This document shows positions 1 through 8,723 of a DNA stretch of 64,000 nt, piece by piece. The translations under genes and the position numbers were made by a program. Source of the DNA: Candidatus Latescibacterota bacterium. Its GTDB lineage: Bacteria; Latescibacterota; UBA2968; UBA8231. The notes under the pieces were generated by a model, which was not told the DNA's origin, ran no database searches, and worked only from the letters and a program-made list of their open reading frames with translations. Position 1 is the stretch's first letter. Each line of letters opens with the position of its first letter. Location of the stretch: positions 4,032,001 to 4,096,000 of the forward strand of contig OZ242005.1 in NCBI GenBank assembly GCA_965204725.1. The letters are read 5' to 3'.

Positions 1-643
1 CGTATAGTCCGAAGGGAGCGGCCACCGCGCAGCCCACCACGATGCTGATGAGCGGTGCCCACAGTCGCCAAGTTACTGGGGCGCACAGGGCCAACGCCAC
101 CAGCGTAGCGAGCGTCGCTCCGGCTGCGGCCGGGGCTGCGGCCGACGGCATGCCTTCGGGCACATCCGCCAGCAAGCCGAACACGATTGGCATGACCGTG
201 ACGGCGATGAGCATGATCACCGTGCCAGCGACGACCGGCGTGATAATCCGGCGCAGCAGCGAAAGCCGGGCGGCCAACGCAAACTGAAACAGCGACGAAA
301 CCACGATCAGGCTCGCCATCAGGGGCGGTCCACCCTTCACTAGGGCCGTGATGCAAACCGCGATGAAGGCCCCAGAGGTGCCCATAATGAGCACGTGCCC
401 GGCCCCGATCCGCCCGAGCCGGGCCGCTTGTAGAACCGTGCTCGTTCCACTGATCAGCAGGGCCGCGAAGGCGATCCACGTCAGGTAGCTCTCCGGCTGG
501 TTGGCCGCCCGACCAATAATGACCGCGCTGAGCACCACCGGCGCGATGATGACCACTGCGGCCTGAAAGCCGACTCCAGCGGCGATGGAGTGGGGGGGAC
601 GCTCGTCCGGCTCGTAGCGAATGTTTTCGTTTGCTCTCGCCAT
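1..643 (-). CDS. Xanthine/uracil/ascorbate permease (NCS2 family), runs off the left edge
   Basis: Not in the ORF track. Manual translation from ATG at 643: MARANENIRYEPDERPP..GFQAAVV..ALLISGTSTVLQ..GRIGAG..IMGTSGAF..ITPVVAGTVIMLI, typical NCS2 N-terminal motifs. Confidence 0.85.
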   Translation of the reverse strand, partial: MARANENIRYEPDERPPHSIAAGVGFQAAVVIIAPVVLSAVIIGRAANQPESYLTWIAFAALLISGTSTVLQAARLGRIGAGHVLIMGTSGAFIAVCITALVKGGPPLMASLIVVSSLFQFALAARLSLLRRIITPVVAGTVIMLIAVTVMPIVFGLLADVPEGMPSAAAPAAAGATLATLVALALCAPVTWRLWAPLISIVVGCAVAAPFGLY

Positions 644-715
644 TGCAAACCATCTCTTTCACAGGTTACGCGATAAATCCGCAAGGGGCTGTATCTCATT
701 TAAGCGGCAACTTTA

Positions 716-843
716 CTACACGACACCAGCCGCTAGCCTGCCAAGGATCGAGGGCATCTTGCCCTCGTCGAGGGCGGGACGCCCTCGATCCCGGACGCAA
801 CGGGAACACCAAAAAATGTGAACTCAAAGTAGGTGTCGCGTAC
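716..843 (+). mobile_element. MITE family A, complete copy, with internal paired REP-like hairpins
   Basis: Imperfect TIRs CTACACGACAC...GTGTCGCGTAC, flanked by TTA on both sides. Core GGATCGAGGGCATCTTGCCCTCG-TCGAGGGCGGGACGCCCTCGATCC. Four more copies in the window. Confidence 0.8.
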
Positions 844-871
844 TTAGGCAGCACCCGCCAAAAGCCCCTCT

Positions 872-1666
872 TCACAGACGCCATACCAGCAGCAACTGAG
901 CCGTGCTCTCGTCTTCGTCCGTTCCCAGCTTGTTGAGCCAGTATTGGTACTCGATGCCGACCATGAGTTGATCGGGGACGCCGACCGCCTTGCCCAAATC
1001 CCAAGTGAACTGCGGCTGAGCGAGCATGGAACCCTTGACGGTTTCACCGAATTCGTTGGTGCGGCGGCCGAGGTACTCGGCATGGCCGACAATGGCCAAA
1101 GACTGATTGCCAACATTAAAGGGCAAGGCCCAACTGACGTCCAACATGAAGCTGTTGTCGGTTTGGGGAGCGTTGTCGGTTTGAGGAGCGGTGCCGGTGT
1201 TGGCGTCAATGTAAGCCGTCAGGTCCGTATTCAAAAACAAAAATCCCGGCAGGTCCCAAGAGGCTCGCAAACCGGGCAGGTACTTCACGACGTTGGCGTC
1301 GCCGCCGAGATTGACCCCGGCAATCAGGGCAAAATCCCGAATGGGGCCGACGCGCAATTCCCGGCCGGCCAGCTTGCCGAAACTCAGGGTTGGATACCAC
1401 TCGCCATAGAAATCTCGGTCGTTGAAGCTCGGTTTATCGCGGACGTCGTCGTTGAGATAGTCGATAAAGAAGAAGCTCTCCCCCAATTTCCACCCCGCAG
1501 CCTGTTGCACGGTAAATACGAAGGTCGGGTGGGCGGCACCCGAGAATGGATTCTTGTGTCTGCCGTACTGCAGGTGAAACTCGGTTTGCGAAAACGCTGC
1601 GGTCTGGGCGGCCAGCAGCGCGATTAGGAACATACTGGCGCGTACTGTTTTCATTTCGGTCCTCAT
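872..1666 (-). CDS. Tsx-like nucleoside-specific outer membrane channel
   Basis: Signal peptide; GWKLGESFFFIDY, DFYGEWYP, AQPQF, GIEYQYWLNKLG; C-terminal beta strand; upstream of the NCS2 permease. Confidence 0.75.
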   Translation of the reverse strand: MRTEMKTVRASMFLIALLAAQTAAFSQTEFHLQYGRHKNPFSGAAHPTFVFTVQQAAGWKLGESFFFIDYLNDDVRDKPSFNDRDFYGEWYPTLSFGKLAGRELRVGPIRDFALIAGVNLGGDANVVKYLPGLRASWDLPGFLFLNTDLTAYIDANTGTAPQTDNAPQTDNSFMLDVSWALPFNVGNQSLAIVGHAEYLGRRTNEFGETVKGSMLAQPQFTWDLGKAVGVPDQLMVGIEYQYWLNKLGTDEDESTAQLLLVWRL

Positions 1667-1775
1667 CTCCTTTTGGGGACTAACACGCTGTGCTGTAACG
1701 CGGAAGTGGGCATGGGGCGAAAATCGAACATAAAAGGGGATGGGTCAAGCGGAAAATATGGATCACAAACCTGCT

Positions 1776-3743
1776 CTACGGGGATGCAGCAAGGCGCGCT
1801 AATGCCTCTTGGGCGGATTGGGTCAGGCGAGGGTCGCCCCGCCACTGCGCGAGGAAATGCTCGTACGCGCGGATGGCTCGGCGGGGTTGCGCGGCCTCTT
1901 GGTAGAGAACGCCGAGTGCATAATGCGCTCGGGCGTAGGTAGAATCCGCACGCAGGGCGGCTTGGTACTGGCGCACAGCCTGAGCGGGCGCGTTCTGTTG
2001 GGCGTAAAGGCGGCCCAAGTTGTAGTGGGCTTCGGCAAAGTCGGGGGCTACCTCAAGTGCCTTTTGGTAGGCCGTAGCCGCCTGTTGGAGCGCGTTCTTT
2101 TCTAGATAGATATTGCCCAAATTGTTATAGGCTTGGGCATGGGTAGGCTCTAGTGCCAAGGTGCGCTCTAAGGCGGCTTCGGCCTCCTCAATGCGGCCCT
2201 GTGCGTGGTAGAGATGACCGAGCGTAAAATAAATTTTATGGCGGGCCGAATCCGGAGGGCTGTGCGCTAGGGCCTCTTGGCATACCCGCAACGCGCTGGC
2301 GAACTGGCCGCGCTCGGCGTAGAGGCCGCTTAGCTGGAGACGCGCCTCCAAATGGGCCGGCGCGAAGGAGAGCAGAAGGCGGTACTGGGCTTCGGCTTTT
2401 TCCCACTGCCGGAGCATGAGGTAAGCACGGGCCAGACGCAAGCGGGCTGCGGCGTTGGCAGGGGTGGCGGCGAGGGTTTGCTGTAACTGGTCGATGTGGT
2501 TGTGAAGGCGGCCGAGGCGTTCAAAGCGGCTTTGTAGGCGCCCGGCCTCCGTCGCTTGGCCAAGGGCGAGCAGGACGTTGGCTAAGTTGTAGTGGGCTTC
2601 CGGGTGCAAGGGATTGATTGCGAGAACTTGGCGCAGCATCTGGGCCGCTTCCTCGGGGCGATTCAAATCGCTATAGAGCAGGCCCAACTGACGCCGAGAT
2701 TCGCTGTGCTGCGGATCCATGGCCGCGGCTTCTTTTAAGATGGCTTCGGCCTTTTGGTACTGGGCTTGGCGGATGTAGAGTGTCCCCAGTTCGCTGCGGG
2801 CTTCCACCCCGTTGGGTTCGGCCTCTATGGCTTGCCGCAGGGCTTTTTCGGCTTTGTCGTACGAGCCTTGGTTGGCGTATAGCCGCGACAAGAGATGCAA
2901 GGCCGCTGTCTGGGTCGAATCGAGTGCGACGGCTTTTTCGGCCAAGGCCACGGCTTCGGGGATGCGCTGATAGCTGGCGTAGATGGCCCCCAACTTGTAG
3001 TGAGCTTCGGCGTTGTCTTGCTCCAACTCCAAGGCGCTTTCGTACTCGTGGACCGCCTCGTCCAATTTCTCAACGCGGGCATAGACATCTCCTAAGCGGA
3101 TGTGGAGGTCGGCACTGGGCGCGATGCGGAGGGCCTCGCCGTAGGCGGCTATTGCGGCTTCAACGCGAAAATTTTCAGCGTAAAGATGGCCCAAAGCCGC
3201 ATGGCCCGCTTGGGAAAACGGGTCGCGGTCAACAGCCTGCAACAGGACTGCCACCGCTTGGTCGGGTTCCCCCAACTCGCGCAGGGCGCGGGCGAGATTG
3301 ATGTAGAACGCGATGTGCTCTGGAGCTTGGCGCACGGCCGCTTGATACGCGGCGACCGCTTGTTCCAAGGCCCCATTCTGGTAGTGGATATTGCCCAGAT
3401 TATTGCTCGTCGCCGCCAAGGTGGAGTCGAGGTCAATAGCCTTTTGAAAGTGGGCCGCGGCCTCTTCTAAGGCACCGCGCCGCTGGGCCAAAAGCCCCAA
3501 GCCATCGTGGGCAAGGGCGTAGTTTGGATCGAGATCGAGTGCTTTGGCGTAGTTGCGCTGGGCTTCGTCGTAGCGGCCGGCTTGCGTATAGGCTACGGCC
3601 AAGTTGTAGTACGCAGGCGGCGCGGTGGGGTTTTGGCGGGTGAGGCGGAGGTGCTTTTCCAAGGAGTCGCCATCGGGGCTTTGGGAACAGGCCGCGCCCA
3701 GCATTAGCAGGGCGGCGAAGAGGTCGAACCGCGTCATCTGCAA
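1776..3743 (-). CDS. Multi-TPR lipoprotein
   Basis: Lipobox-like LGAAC; many TPR units (AYYNLA, AHYNLG, AYNNLGNIY). Confidence 0.85.
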   Translation of the reverse strand: MQMTRFDLFAALLMLGAACSQSPDGDSLEKHLRLTRQNPTAPPAYYNLAVAYTQAGRYDEAQRNYAKALDLDPNYALAHDGLGLLAQRRGALEEAAAHFQKAIDLDSTLAATSNNLGNIHYQNGALEQAVAAYQAAVRQAPEHIAFYINLARALRELGEPDQAVAVLLQAVDRDPFSQAGHAALGHLYAENFRVEAAIAAYGEALRIAPSADLHIRLGDVYARVEKLDEAVHEYESALELEQDNAEAHYKLGAIYASYQRIPEAVALAEKAVALDSTQTAALHLLSRLYANQGSYDKAEKALRQAIEAEPNGVEARSELGTLYIRQAQYQKAEAILKEAAAMDPQHSESRRQLGLLYSDLNRPEEAAQMLRQVLAINPLHPEAHYNLANVLLALGQATEAGRLQSRFERLGRLHNHIDQLQQTLAATPANAAARLRLARAYLMLRQWEKAEAQYRLLLSFAPAHLEARLQLSGLYAERGQFASALRVCQEALAHSPPDSARHKIYFTLGHLYHAQGRIEEAEAALERTLALEPTHAQAYNNLGNIYLEKNALQQAATAYQKALEVAPDFAEAHYNLGRLYAQQNAPAQAVRQYQAALRADSTYARAHYALGVLYQEAAQPRRAIRAYEHFLAQWRGDPRLTQSAQEALARLAASP

Positions 3744-3753
3744 CTCCTTGGAA

Positions 3754-6306
3754 TCAGGGTTTGGATTGAATTATGGGTACAATCTGATCGGCCGCCACCT
3801 TTTCTAAGGTCTGCAACGTGCCGTCGGGCCAGTAAATTTTGACCGTGGCCGAGGTGGCCTCTCCTAGGCCAAAGTGGAGCCGGGGGTCGCTGCTCGAAAG
3901 ATAACTACCGCCCGACTGGAATTCCCGGACTTGGCGCTGCCCATCAGCGATCACGACGACGCGGGTTCCGCGGGCTGCCAACTGAATCGTCAGCCAGTGC
4001 TGGCGGTTGCCCCCGTCGTTGCGCAGGAGGTTGGGGGCCGCGGCAACATTGGTCACTAGCAGATCGAGGTCGCCATCGTTGTCGTAGTCGGCCGTGGCCG
4101 AAGCGCGGCTTACCTGCGCGAGCGCGGGATGGACCCTAGCCGAGACATCGACAAAGCGGATTCCCCGCTGGTTGCACAACACCTGATTGGGCTGCGGATA
4201 GGCGTGGTCGGGGTGTACCTGAGTGATTTTGTCCATGACGTGGCCGTTGGCGACAAAGAGGTCGAGGTCGCCGTCGTTGTCGTAGTCGAAAAAATTGGTG
4301 CCAAAGCCCAGCGGTTTGTAACTACACTCGGCGAGGCCGGCGCGTTGGGTGATGTCGTAGAATTGCCCCTGCCCATCGTTGCCGTACAGGGTATTGGTCT
4401 CTTGGGCGAAGTTGGTCACAAAAATATCTTGGAACCCATCGTTGTCCCAATCCCCGAACTCCACCCCCATACCTGCTTCGGCCAAGCCGTCCTCGTTGTA
4501 GCGTCCTCCGGCGTAGAGGCCGACCTCGGCAAAGCGCGCCCCTTGGTTTTGATAGAGGAAATTCATGGTGCCGTCGTTGGCTACGTACAGGTCGGTGTCG
4601 CCGTCGAGATCGTAGTCTGAGAATGCCACGCCCAAGCCGCGCCCCTTGTGGATGATTCCCGTTGCGGCCGCCACGTCGCGGAAGTGGCCGTCCTCGTTGC
4701 GGTAGAGCACATCGCCTACCGGCTCGTAAAACTTTGGCTCGCAATAGGAGCGAATACCGCCCTCAGCACAGACGATGTTTTTTTGCGGGTCAAATTCTAC
4801 ATAGTTGGTCGCGTAGAGATCCAAGTCGCCATCGAGGTCGTAGTCTAGAAAGCCGCAACTAGTGCCCCACCGGGCATCGCCCCCACCCACGGCTGAGGTC
4901 ACATCGGCAAAGCGCCCATTGCCCTCGTTGCGCAGCAGGAGGTTGGGACCCACGTTGGTCACGTAGAGATCCACGTCCCCATCCGCGTCGTAGTCGGCGG
5001 CCGTGCAGCCCATGCCGTAGCCGGTGTGCCCGGCCCCGGAGGCGGCCGTCACATCGGCGAAACCGTCGGCCCCGGTGTTGCGGTACAGGCGATTGGTGGG
5101 GATTGGATCGGGGAGTTCGCCGCTTAGGGGCGCGCCGTTGACTAGATAGAGATCGAGCCAGCCATCGCCGTCCGCATCGAGGAAAGCCGCGCCGGCCCCA
5201 AAGGTTTCGACGTAGTAGTATTCGCCCGCAAAGCCGTTGTAGTGCTCAAAATGGAGGCCGGCCGCTTGGGTCACATCGGCCAGTTGAATGGGGCCGCAGC
5301 TAGGGTCGGCGGGGTCCAGCGGTGGGGTCGGGCGGGCCGCGGCCTTGGGCCTTAGCGCTATGAGCGGAGCGGTCACATCGGCCAAGTCGGGGGCGACGCT
5401 AAAGTGGGCGCTGGGCTGGAAGGGCCGGGCAAAGGTCGCGCCGGCAAAGGTGGCTTCCTGTTTGAAGCGGCTGTCACCGAAGAGAGCCGAGTCGTGAAAG
5501 TAGGCATCGACAAAGCGGGCCGGGCCGCCAAAGACGATTCGGCGGAAGGAGGCCGCCGCGGAGAAAGTGGCTCGCTCAAAGTGGACTGCGCCGCCAAAGT
5601 AAGCCGCAGCAAACGTGGCGGCTCCCACAAAGCGGCTGTGCGCGAACCGGGCGTCCGCGCCAAAGCGCGCCCCGGCAAAGGAAACGGTCGATTGCCACAC
5701 CGCTTCTTTGAAGGAAGCCAAATCGGCAAAGGACGCATCCCGAAAAAGGGTGGCGCGGGCGAATGCAGCCTCGTCGAAATAGGTCGCCCCCTCAAATTGG
5801 GTGCGCTCAAAGGTGGTTTCGCCGCCAAAGACGGTCTGCTGAAAAAAGGCCGCGGCCGAAAACTCGGTGGCCGAAAAATCTACATCGGCCAGCCGAGTCC
5901 GTTTGAAATTGGCCGTACCCACGATGCGGCACTCGCGGCAGGCAAACCCTTTTTCGAGGCGGGTTTCGAGCAGGGAGATCCCCTGTTGGAAGTGGGTGCG
6001 AACAAAGCGCAGCGGTTGGCGAAAAACGGCGCGTTCTAAGACTACGGGGCTGGTAAAGCGCACATCCGCAAAAGCGAGTGCCGCGCTCAGGGTGTCGCCG
6101 GTTAATTCGAGCGGCCCCTGCACCACGAGGCGGTTGTATTCGAGCGCGGTGTCGGCGGGTGCTCGTTGGATTGCTGCGACGAGATCGCGGGCGAGGACGA
6201 GTTGGTAGGCTTTGCCCTCTAAGGTCACTTCGTATTGGGCCGCCGAGGACAGCGGAACCAGTAGGAACAGCAAGAGAAGCCGATGGACAGATGCGTAGAA
6301 GATCAT
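3754..6306 (-). CDS. Secreted pentapeptide-repeat + FG-GAP/CRTAC1 (ASPIC/UnbV) fusion protein
   Basis: Likely start ATG 6306 (MIFYASVHRLLLLFLLVPLSSAAQ); the longer ORF start runs through a MITE. N-half has AxFxxAxF repeats; C-half has DYDxDGDxDL repeats and the GGSYLSSSDPRLHFGLG tail. Confidence 0.8.
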   Translation of the reverse strand: MIFYASVHRLLLLFLLVPLSSAAQYEVTLEGKAYQLVLARDLVAAIQRAPADTALEYNRLVVQGPLELTGDTLSAALAFADVRFTSPVVLERAVFRQPLRFVRTHFQQGISLLETRLEKGFACRECRIVGTANFKRTRLADVDFSATEFSAAAFFQQTVFGGETTFERTQFEGATYFDEAAFARATLFRDASFADLASFKEAVWQSTVSFAGARFGADARFAHSRFVGAATFAAAYFGGAVHFERATFSAAASFRRIVFGGPARFVDAYFHDSALFGDSRFKQEATFAGATFARPFQPSAHFSVAPDLADVTAPLIALRPKAAARPTPPLDPADPSCGPIQLADVTQAAGLHFEHYNGFAGEYYYVETFGAGAAFLDADGDGWLDLYLVNGAPLSGELPDPIPTNRLYRNTGADGFADVTAASGAGHTGYGMGCTAADYDADGDVDLYVTNVGPNLLLRNEGNGRFADVTSAVGGGDARWGTSCGFLDYDLDGDLDLYATNYVEFDPQKNIVCAEGGIRSYCEPKFYEPVGDVLYRNEDGHFRDVAAATGIIHKGRGLGVAFSDYDLDGDTDLYVANDGTMNFLYQNQGARFAEVGLYAGGRYNEDGLAEAGMGVEFGDWDNDGFQDIFVTNFAQETNTLYGNDGQGQFYDITQRAGLAECSYKPLGFGTNFFDYDNDGDLDLFVANGHVMDKITQVHPDHAYPQPNQVLCNQRGIRFVDVSARVHPALAQVSRASATADYDNDGDLDLLVTNVAAAPNLLRNDGGNRQHWLTIQLAARGTRVVVIADGQRQVREFQSGGSYLSSSDPRLHFGLGEATSATVKIYWPDGTLQTLEKVAADQIVPIIQSKP

Positions 6307-6349
6307 GGTTTGCGAATGCTCGGGACATTGGCTTTTCGAGCGCGCCATA

Positions 6350-6483
6350 GAAGCGTTCTTAACACTCCTGTTGCTTTTGGCTCGTCTTGCCTGACGACGC
6401 GAGGCGTCATTCCCGCGCAAGCGGGAATCCAGAAAAGGACCCAGCCGAATCAAAAACGGAAACCCTAATTTTAAGAACGCTTC
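6350..6483. mobile_element. MITE family B with RS3/RPE-like palindrome
   Basis: Perfect TIR GAAGCGTTCTTAA...TTAAGAACGCTTC with TA on both sides; internal GTCATTCCCGCGCAAGCGGGAATCCAG (6406-6432); closely similar inverted copy at 55752-55885. Confidence 0.8.
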
Positions 6484-6573
6484 TAACGACGGAGCGGCCA
6501 AGCGCACTCTCTTGACATCGGGGGTAAATGCTACTTTCTTCACGCCCTCCTCACAAATTAGTTGGTATAGCGT

Positions 6574-8553
6574 ATGCGTTGCAAAGTACAGAGCAGGCCG
6601 AATTGTCCGGCGGCTTTTCTCACGGCGCTGTGCATTCTCGCGCTCACTCCCCTAACAAGGGTCCACGCTGAATCCGGCCAGCCGGGGTCGGCCAAACTTC
6701 TCAAGCCCTTTCCCGAGCCGGCCGCAATCATCGATCCCCCGTGGTTGGCGCGTCGCCAGCAAGCCCAACTGGAGGCGGCCCAAGCCTACGAGGTCTTTTG
6801 CGATTTCTCCTTTACCGACCAGCTCAAAGCGAGCGGCATTGCGTTTCGCAATCGGGTGGTGGCGGATTCAGGCAAGGACCATATCCCGGTTCACTACGAC
6901 CACGGCAATGGGCTCGCGGTGGGGGATGTGGATGGCGATGGACGCTACGACCTCTACTTTACGACCCAAGTGGGCAGCAATCAGCTCTGGCGCAATCTCG
7001 GCCGAGCGCACTTTGCAAACCACACTACGCCGAGTCTGGAGCTGGCCGACCGGATCGGGGTAAGCGCGTCGTTTGGCGACATTGACAACGACGGCGATAT
7101 CGATCTGTATGCCACAGCGGTGCGGTTGGGCAACCGGCTCTTGGTCAACGACGGCACCGGCCGCTTTGAGGATGCAACCGAGCATTCGGGCACGGGCTGG
7201 CAGGCGCACTCGTCGTCTGGTGAGTTCTTCGATTACAATAACGATGGGTTGCTGGATCTGTTTGTGACCAATGTGGGGGTCTATACCCAAGACGAAAAGA
7301 GGACGGCCGCGGTCGATCCGCTGCGGCTGGAGGCGGGAGCGACCTATCAGTACTACCGAGGTTTCAAGGATGCCTTCTCCGGGCACTTGAAGCCCGAGCG
7401 GGCCGAGCTGAGCGCGCTGTTCAAGAACTTGGGACAGGGGGTTTTCGCCGAGGTCTCCCGCGAAGTGGGGTTGTTGGATTCGAGCTGGTCGGGCGACGCC
7501 AGCCCGGTAGATTTCAACGGGGATGGCTGGCAGGACCTCTACGTGCTCAACATGCAGGGGCACGACTCCTACTACGAGAATGCGGCCGGGCAGCATTTCA
7601 TTAAAAAGAGCCGCGCACTGTTCCCCAAAACGTCGTGGGGGGCGATGGGGATCAAGTCCCTCGACTACGACAACGATGGCCGGATGGATCTCTTCATCTC
7701 CGACATGCACTCCGATATGAGTCAGCCGGTGGGGCCTTGGGACGAAAAACTCAAGGCGTACATGCAGTATCCAGAAGATTTTTTGCAGAGCGAAGGGTTG
7801 AGCATCTTCGGCAACTCCTTTTACCACCACGTAGGCGCGGGGCAGTTTGAAGAAATCTCCGACCTAATCGGCACGGAGAATTATTGGCCGTGGGGGTTGA
7901 GCAGCGGCGATCTCAACGCCGACGGCTGGCAGGATGTGTTCGTGGCTTCGAGCATGAATTACCCCTTTCGCTATGGGATCAACACCGTCTTGCTCAACGA
8001 CCGAGGGCGCGGCTTCCTTGACAGCGAGTTTGTGTTAGGAGTAGAGCCGCGACTCAACAGTCGGACCGCGCAGCCGTGGTTCGCCCTCGACTGCGATGGA
8101 GCGGATAGGGAGCACAAAAACTGCGAGGGTCAACAAGGCGGCTTGCTGGTGTATGGTGCCTTGGGGACGCGCTCGTCGGCGCTGTTCGACGTGGAGGGCG
8201 ACGGCGATCTCGACATTGTGACCAATGAGTTCAATGGAGTGCCGCAGGTCTTGCTCAGCGACCTGAGTCAGCGTCGGGCGGGGTTGCGCTACTTGGAGGT
8301 GATACTGGTGGGAAAAGCGTCGAATCGCGACGGGTTGGGCGCAGTGGTCGAGGTAAAAGCCGGCGATCAGATCTATACCCAAGTGCAGGATGGGCAGTCG
8401 GGGTATCTGTCGCAGAGTGCTGGTGGACTCTACTTTGGCTTGGGGACAGCGGCCGCGGTGGATCGCCTAACGGTGCGCTGGCCCTCGGGTCAGGTACAGA
8501 CCTTGGACGGCCCCATCCCGACCAACCAGCGCCTCACCGCAGAGGAACCTTAG
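6574..8553 (+). CDS. CRTAC1 / FG-GAP / ASPIC-UnbV family secreted protein
   Basis: Signal peptide, repeated D(Y/V)DNDGxxDL, C-terminal SNRDGLGA..GYLSQS..LYFGLG. Confidence 0.85.
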   Translation: MRCKVQSRPNCPAAFLTALCILALTPLTRVHAESGQPGSAKLLKPFPEPAAIIDPPWLARRQQAQLEAAQAYEVFCDFSFTDQLKASGIAFRNRVVADSGKDHIPVHYDHGNGLAVGDVDGDGRYDLYFTTQVGSNQLWRNLGRAHFANHTTPSLELADRIGVSASFGDIDNDGDIDLYATAVRLGNRLLVNDGTGRFEDATEHSGTGWQAHSSSGEFFDYNNDGLLDLFVTNVGVYTQDEKRTAAVDPLRLEAGATYQYYRGFKDAFSGHLKPERAELSALFKNLGQGVFAEVSREVGLLDSSWSGDASPVDFNGDGWQDLYVLNMQGHDSYYENAAGQHFIKKSRALFPKTSWGAMGIKSLDYDNDGRMDLFISDMHSDMSQPVGPWDEKLKAYMQYPEDFLQSEGLSIFGNSFYHHVGAGQFEEISDLIGTENYWPWGLSSGDLNADGWQDVFVASSMNYPFRYGINTVLLNDRGRGFLDSEFVLGVEPRLNSRTAQPWFALDCDGADREHKNCEGQQGGLLVYGALGTRSSALFDVEGDGDLDIVTNEFNGVPQVLLSDLSQRRAGLRYLEVILVGKASNRDGLGAVVEVKAGDQIYTQVQDGQSGYLSQSAGGLYFGLGTAAAVDRLTVRWPSGQVQTLDGPIPTNQRLTAEEP

Positions 8554-8666
8554 AAGCGGTCCGCAAACCCGCCTTGGGTCATGTTGAACAAGCCGTAGAG
8601 ACAGGATCCGTCATTCCCGCGCAAGCGGGAATCCAGCCACCACTACCAGAGTTTTCAGACAGCTTC
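8553..8666. mobile_element. MITE family B copy at the CRTAC1 stop codon
   Basis: TTA|GAAGCGGTCCGCAAAC...GTTTTCAGACAGCTTC|TTA; palindrome 8610-8636. Confidence 0.75.
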
Positions 8667-8683
8667 TTAGAAGCGGTCAGGGA

Positions 8684-8706
8684 ACGAACCACGAACCACG
8701 AACCAC
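8684..8706 (+). repeat. Short tandem repeat (ACGAACC)x3
   Basis: acgaacc acgaacc acgaacc ac, read directly. Confidence 0.7.
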
Positions 8707-8723
8707 TAAACAGAGCATTCAGC

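Noticed and set aside
6512-6537. TTGACA...TACTTT promoter candidate
   Set aside because: The spacer is only 14 nt, so it cannot be supported
6307-6543. N-terminal extension of the 929-aa ORF containing LDSRLRGND
   Set aside because: It is the translation of a MITE B palindrome; the signal peptide begins near 6306
8574-8723. N-terminal extension VIPAQAGIQ of the spermidine synthase fusion
   Set aside because: MITE-derived open frame, not protein-like
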